This document shows positions 58,601 through 64,000 of a DNA stretch of 64,000 nt, in pieces. Origin of the DNA: Neophaeotheca triangularis (Eukaryota); NCBI GenBank assembly GCA_054600435.1, contig BAAIJX010000022.1, positions 186,001 through 250,000 on the forward strand, written 5' to 3'. How positions within the stretch are numbered: position 1 is the stretch's first letter; every line of letters begins with the position of its first letter. The position numbers were made by a program, and so were the translations under genes. Under the pieces are notes generated by a model. That model made no database searches, was not told the origin of the DNA, and was given only the letters and a program-made list of their open reading frames with translations.

Positions 58601-61600
58601 TCACCCCTCGCCCGCTGTCCTTCCCCTTTCAGCGACCTCAGCAATCAACTTCCGCATCTGCGGCACCAACTCTGGAATACGAAAGGGTTTCGTGACGACC
58701 AAATCCATGCCCGCCTCAATAGCGACGGCAATCTGCTCGGAGCGCGCATTCGCCGTTACCGCAATGACAGGCACATGGCCCTGGATGATGCCCTTGGCTT
58801 CTTGTTCGCGGATGGCGCGGACGCAGGTCAGACCGTCCATGATGGGCATTTCGAGGTCGAGGAGGATGATATTCAATGGGATGCCCGGGGTGTTGGTGGG
58901 GTCGTTGGTGCTGGGAGAGGGTGCTGCGCAATGTTGGGTTTTGGATAGGTGGTCCAGGCATTCGAGCCCGTGGTTGGCGACGTGGGTTGTCCAGCCGGCT
59001 TTTTTGAGTTGGGCTGCCAGGAGTTGTTGGTTGATGATGTTGTCTTCCACGATCAAGACGTTCTGGTCGGTGGGAGGGGTATTGTTCGGTGGGGGAGGGC
59101 GTTTGCGGGGGGATTTAGAGCGGGTGGGTAGGGTGTGTCGTTGTATAGGTGTCTTTAAAGTTTCGCCGTTACCCTGCTGCTGCGGGTTTTGCTGTGCGGC
59201 TGTGTCCATTGTTGTGCTGCCTTTACGGCTGAAAGCTGTAGGCGCTGATGAAAATGATGGGCTTGTTCCTCGCTCATGTAAAGGACATATGTTGTCATTC
59301 TCCTCGGCGGCCTCCTCTTCCCATCGCCGAGCCAGGACGTAAAAGGTGAAAGTCGTTTTGCCATCGTTGCTTGCGACACCAATTTGTCCGCCTTGTAGCT
59401 CGCTCAATTCGCGTGAGATAAACAGACCCAGCCCACTGCCGCCATATTGTTTATAAGTCTTCGGACTAGCCTGCGAGAAGCGCTGGAAGAGCATCTTGAT
59501 CTCTTCTTCGCTCAAGCCGGCGCCCGAGTCCGTGACTGCAACTTGCAAGTATAGAACCTCGCCGTTGCCCCATTCTTTGCCGGGTGTATTTGGTTTGTGC
59601 GTGTGCTTCGGAGGAATGAAGCTGACGTTGTGCCTTTTGCCTCTGGGCTTCTCCAGTGATGCACCCATGTGAATCGTGATTTGGCGCTGCTCGGCATATT
59701 GCGTGAATTTCATGGCGTTGGTGAGGAGGTTGATAATGACTTGGAGAAGCCGGCTCGGGTCTAGTAGTACCCAGTCTACGCCAAGCTCGTCGTACGATGC
59801 GTCGAGCATGAAGTCCACGTTGATGGCTGAGCGGGCGAGCTCGGCTTCATACATCTTGATAGCTTTGCGGGCTAGTGTTGGCGGCTGCACTGTATCCGGG
59901 GAGATTACGAGCAGACTTGCGTCTAGTTTGGAAAGGGTCAAGATATCGTCTGCGATGCGCTTCTGGTGCTGAGCGCAGAGTATGATGGTCTGAGCGCAGT
60001 CGATGAGCTCTTCAGCGTGTTGGTATTCAATTGATAGAGGTTCGTTTAGTATGGGCATGCCACAAGATGCTAACGTGTTGACAATCGAGTCGGCACACTG
60101 CAAGATGGCGCTGAGAGGGTTGCGCATTTCATGGCTCGTCAAGTCGGTAAAGTTGAGTGTTTGCCGTTTCGTCTCCAGAGCGTCTTCGAGTCGCTGTTCC
60201 ATTAGTTGATCTGAGAACTTCTGATGAGAAATATCAGTGAGCCATCCCTGAATGACGGAGACTTGCCCGTCACTATCGATCTCCGGAAAGGCAGTGGCAA
60301 GAACCCAGCAATGACCACTAATTTCCGTCCCGCTGCCATTGTCGAATGACTTCCACTTTTTGTTCGTTCGGTACTCGCATGAGACAGGTGCCTGATGGGT
60401 CACAACATCCGTCCAAGCTTGCAAAGGGATGTGACGATCCTCGGGGAGAATAAGAGATGCCCATTGACTTTGGTCCCCGGACCAAGTGTCGACATCCTCA
60501 CGTGGCACTCCAAGGATCTCCAGGTAAGCCTGGTTAACGTGTACCACCTTACCATCTGCTGCGAATTGAAACATCCCTGTCGGTGCGCTTTGAGCCATGC
60601 GCCAGAAATTGGCTTCGCTGCGCTCCGCCTGTAGCGCCATGGAGCGTAGCTGGGAAGCAAGTGCCGAGTTGATATCTTCGGATATTTGCTGCGCCCGCTG
60701 ATGCTCGAAAGGCAGAGAGATGAGAGCGGCTGACTTGAGCAAGATCTCGGCCAGATATTGCACGTATAGGGCGTATTCTACATCGTAAGGTATGCGCGGA
60801 TTGAAACCCATCACGAGGATACCCATCACCTCTCCCTCTGACAGAGAAGCAACCGGTACGACCATGGCAGTCTTGACCTCATCCCCAAAACCTCGACCGG
60901 GTATAGCTACCGAGAGCTCGACAGGCAGGAGACCATCTTCGCAGCCCAACTTGATAGACTTTTTGGCTTTCCAAGCTCGGTAAAACGTGCTCAATAAACT
61001 GTCGTCGTCTTCATCACTTTCCGCAGCGTTGAGCGTAAAACTAGCAGGTGTCGCAATCTCGTTCAAATCGATGCCCACGGTACATTCTAGGATGCACTTC
61101 TTCTCTGAAGCGCTGAAGCTTGCAGAACCGCTTGCAGAACGGGCGGAGCCAGGCGAGTGTGCTTCGTGATACTCGTCGGTTACTGAGTAGAAAATGGCAA
61201 AAGGTATGTCCTCGACGGCTGACTCCAAGCCTTTACAGAATTGCGGCCACAGATCCTTCAAATCATGCGCTTCACTGCACTCCTCACCAACTTTTATTAC
61301 ATTCGCTTTACGGCGGTCGCCAGTCACTTGTTTCGTGGCCTCTGTGAACTCATCCAAGACTCCCACGCCCTGGCCCGTGTCATCGAGAATCGGAGTCATG
61401 ACAAAGTCCCAGTAAGTCTCCTCGTCGTATCCATGCCTGTGCATCGTCAGAGGCATCTTGGAAACTTTGGTGGATTTGCCGCGCACTTGAGCGTTCTCCA
61501 CGAGTTGCTTGACATTTTCCCATACCTCTGGCCAGGCCTCCCTTGCCGGCCGACCTAGACAGCTCGGGTGCCGTTCGCCCCAGACCGGTATGCAAGCTTC

Positions 61601-62218
61601 GTTGTAGATCATTATTGAGTTTTCGCCCCAGAGTATCAGTCTCGGGTCCGGATTCGCCATCATCTGAACTACGCCATGTCGAAGCTCATTCGGCCATCGA
61701 GAAATGGGTCCCAGCTCTGTTGAAGACCAACGGAAATCCTTGACCGTCTGCACCCACGGCGAAAGATCATCCAGAACATCCCGCGTCCAGTCCAGAGAAT
61801 TTCGGGCTGTTTCCGTCTCGCCAGTATCCTCTTCTCCGTACCCCACCGCAGCATTGCCGACAACGACCGTCCACCTCCGTCCACAAGGCCGCACACTCCA
61901 TTCCCCGTTCCCTAGATGCAAGCCCCCCGAATCCATCCTCTTCACCACCTCTCTGCGCGCGTCATCAACCTCCTCATTCCCCCTTTCCCACCCCTCTACC
62001 CCAAACCTCCGGTGCAGATACCTCCCATAAGCAGAATTAGAGTAAACGACCTTAACATCCACGCTCTTCAGCCCACTAAGACTACTGTGCTCGTCTTCTA
62101 CAATCAGCGCGGGACGCTCGTCGCCGTCGAGGAATTCTGCCAAGAGGCGGATCTCCGCGGGAAGCTCGAGAGGACCGGGACTCGCGTTGCCGCTTCTAAT
62201 TGTCGGTTCTGTTGCCAT
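58601..62218 (-). CDS. Hybrid sensor histidine kinase (PAS/GAF-like - HisKA - HATPase - receiver), 1205 aa
   Basis: H-box SHEMRNPL, N-box NLLTNAMKFT, G1 DSGAG, F-box LFQRFSQ, G2 GGSGLGL; receiver IVEDN, LLDLEMPIMDG, TANA, KPF. Confidence 0.95.
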   Translation of the reverse strand: MATEPTIRSGNASPGPLELPAEIRLLAEFLDGDERPALIVEDEHSSLSGLKSVDVKVVYSNSAYGRYLHRRFGVEGWERGNEEVDDARREVVKRMDSGGLHLGNGEWSVRPCGRRWTVVVGNAAVGYGEEDTGETETARNSLDWTRDVLDDLSPWVQTVKDFRWSSTELGPISRWPNELRHGVVQMMANPDPRLILWGENSIMIYNEACIPVWGERHPSCLGRPAREAWPEVWENVKQLVENAQVRGKSTKVSKMPLTMHRHGYDEETYWDFVMTPILDDTGQGVGVLDEFTEATKQVTGDRRKANVIKVGEECSEAHDLKDLWPQFCKGLESAVEDIPFAIFYSVTDEYHEAHSPGSARSASGSASFSASEKKCILECTVGIDLNEIATPASFTLNAAESDEDDDSLLSTFYRAWKAKKSIKLGCEDGLLPVELSVAIPGRGFGDEVKTAMVVPVASLSEGEVMGILVMGFNPRIPYDVEYALYVQYLAEILLKSAALISLPFEHQRAQQISEDINSALASQLRSMALQAERSEANFWRMAQSAPTGMFQFAADGKVVHVNQAYLEILGVPREDVDTWSGDQSQWASLILPEDRHIPLQAWTDVVTHQAPVSCEYRTNKKWKSFDNGSGTEISGHCWVLATAFPEIDSDGQVSVIQGWLTDISHQKFSDQLMEQRLEDALETKRQTLNFTDLTSHEMRNPLSAILQCADSIVNTLASCGMPILNEPLSIEYQHAEELIDCAQTIILCAQHQKRIADDILTLSKLDASLLVISPDTVQPPTLARKAIKMYEAELARSAINVDFMLDASYDELGVDWVLLDPSRLLQVIINLLTNAMKFTQYAEQRQITIHMGASLEKPRGKRHNVSFIPPKHTHKPNTPGKEWGNGEVLYLQVAVTDSGAGLSEEEIKMLFQRFSQASPKTYKQYGGSGLGLFISRELSELQGGQIGVASNDGKTTFTFYVLARRWEEEAAEENDNICPLHERGTSPSFSSAPTAFSRKGSTTMDTAAQQNPQQQGNGETLKTPIQRHTLPTRSKSPRKRPPPPNNTPPTDQNVLIVEDNIINQQLLAAQLKKAGWTTHVANHGLECLDHLSKTQHCAAPSPSTNDPTNTPGIPLNIILLDLEMPIMDGLTCVRAIREQEAKGIIQGHVPVIAVTANARSEQIAVAIEAGMDLVVTKPFRIPELVPQMRKLIAEVAERGRTAGEG

Positions 62219-63183
62219 GGCTGCGAAGATGTGCGAACCGGGAGCGAAGGAGGTGAAGGTGTCCGCATTGGGCGCGAGAGCAGGTCTAGGAGGTTGTGCT
62301 AGCTGCGCGTGAGGTCAACGGCGGCGGCGGTGGGAGGGGGGAGGGCGGTGGGGGTGCTACTGCTACTGCAGCTGTGGTGATGAGGGTGCGCAGCGTTGAA
62401 CAAGAGCCCGACCTTTCCTACCTGTTGTCCTGTGGTTTGCCGGCGAGCCTGACTGGTTGAAACTTGACCGACTGCGGCACGCAGCCTACTCACTACTGTA
62501 CCCACTTGTGAGTAGCGATTAGAGTTCTAGAGTCTAGAGCTGCCAGCGGTTTTGTCGCCGCTGATGGGCTGAGAAGTTTTTTGGGTTTACGGCGCGGGCT
62601 TGGGCAGAGCTGCACCACTGCAAAAGGCATGCTTCTGGGAACTACTGGCTGGGGAGGGAGGACGGGCCCTGCCGGTTTGTTCCTGGTCATGAAGTCTAAG
62701 GTACCTAATCTGAGATCGACGTGGGGCTGAGCATTAGTCAGCGTTCGAGAGAATGAGGTGAGAAGGTCGACGACTCGAAGTGCCTTCAGTCCGACCTCTA
62801 GACTGCCCTAACTTATTGACCGTTAGCAGTGGCACCCGTTCTGTACCAAAACTTGCGGTAATTCTCTGGCGGTGAGCAGCACACCAGAAGCAGTTTACCG
62901 ATGCGGAAACATGCTCGTTGACAGGGTGAGGGTACTCGAAAGCGCGACGGCCTGAATACACTGATACCTAAGGGCGCCTCTCTTGTTGGCATGGCTCGCT
63001 GCTATTGCTTCCTTGCGACCACTTGCAAGGGCTCCATTCGTGTACCTACATGGGCCCTTGAGATTTCCCACCTGTCGGAGTTATGAAGCCATCACGGATC
63101 GGTTTGAGTGGATAGCGTTGGTCGAAGTCCGCAACCGGTGTCGATGGGCTTTGCTCGTCGCTTGCGCATACTATGGAATGGGT

Positions 63184-63963
63184 CTACTTTCTCAAGACCT
63201 TTGTCCCACCTCCACCGCCACCGCCACCGTCTCCCTTCTTCTTCGCCTCCTCTTCCATCCACTTCCTCTGCTCCTCCAACATCTCCTCATCCTCGTCCGT
63301 CCTTTCGCTCGTCGGCACAATCCCCTCCGCCTCCTGCGTCCGCCTCCTGACCTCAGCCGAACTGGGCGTCGCGCCGGCAATCTTCGCCTCCTCCTCCCAC
63401 CCCTGCCGCTCAATCTCGTCCAGCTCCTCTTTCCTGTCCACCCATCTCTCCTGCACGTCCCTGACATCGATCTTTCCCGCCCATTGGTCGCTCATAGCTT
63501 GCGCCCAAATACTCGACTCGTCCCCGAGAGTTTTACCGCTCTCGTCCGTGCCTCTGGCGCCGGCGAACACATACCCTGAAGCGCGGTCAATGGCGCGAAG
63601 GAGTGCAGCCATGCTTGCACGGTCTTCCACGGCCAGGGTCTCGAAGCCTAGAAGTCCGAAATCCTCCACGAGGCCTATCAGAGCTTCGTTGAGTTTCTCG
63701 AACTTCTCGGCGTTGCGGGAAGTCGCGTTTTGCTCTTCGTTGAGTGAGGGAAGCAGGTAGTGGAGATCTTGCACTTCAGTGTAGAAGTCTAGGTTGAAGG
63801 GGAGGTCAGTACCGCCTACGGCTTTGAGGTTGTCGATTTTTGTGAGGACGTTGATGATGGGATAGGGGAGGTGGAGCATGCCGCGGAGGCAGAGCATGAG
63901 ACTACTGAGGTAAAGACTAGGGCGGGTCAGCACAACGGAGTCGAGAAGCTGGATGACTACTAT
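63184..63963 (-). CDS. GPN2: GPN-loop GTPase 2, last exon (gene continues beyond the window)
   Basis: LDS..YLSSLMLCLRGMLHLPYPIINVLTKID, LPFNLDFYTEVQDL, LVEDFGLLGFETLAVED, IDRASGYVF; CTAAC..CAG acceptor at 63964. Confidence 0.88.
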   Translation of the reverse strand: MVVIQLLDSVVLTRPSLYLSSLMLCLRGMLHLPYPIINVLTKIDNLKAVGGTDLPFNLDFYTEVQDLHYLLPSLNEEQNATSRNAEKFEKLNEALIGLVEDFGLLGFETLAVEDRASMAALLRAIDRASGYVFAGARGTDESGKTLGDESSIWAQAMSDQWAGKIDVRDVQERWVDRKEELDEIERQGWEEEAKIAGATPSSAEVRRRTQEAEGIVPTSERTDEDEEMLEEQRKWMEEEAKKKGDGGGGGGGGTKVLRK

Positions 63964-64000
63964 CTGTGCTGCTGTTAGTTAGCCGCGCGGTGGAACTTCG

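Overview
Gene-dense eukaryotic window from a filamentous ascomycete (short GT-AG introns with CTAAC/CTGAC branch points; the gene set is compatible with a Dothideomycete, but this is inference). It holds 22 protein-coding loci (21 with strong support, one hypothetical) and one intron-containing tRNA-Gln(TTG). The first 39 kb is mostly housekeeping (Rab6/YPT6, NOP53, DDB1, RPC5, FIG4, UBA1, a Zn2Cys6 TF, DCS1). It also contains an orphan PaxB/Pyr4-type membrane terpene cyclase, two divergent 'allergen-domain' paralogs and a co-oriented PNPOx-P450-DUF1446 trio. The rest has long intergenic regions with a laccase, a secreted Thr-rich protein, ADH1, an aspartic protease, a DUF3112 protein, a hybrid histidine kinase and a partial GPN2. 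No intact transposon, rRNA or CRISPR array was seen. Most interesting: (1) adjacent UBA1 and Zn2Cys6 genes both have open, AUG-less N-terminal extensions with bipartite NLS-like motifs behind near-cognate starts in good context (AUU, CUG); (2) a recurring C-rich-then-G-rich skew unit overrides codon usage regardless of gene orientation; (3) AGGTA/TACCT motif islands lie upstream of many genes; (4) the orphan terpene cyclase. All family calls come from motif recognition by eye, with no database search.
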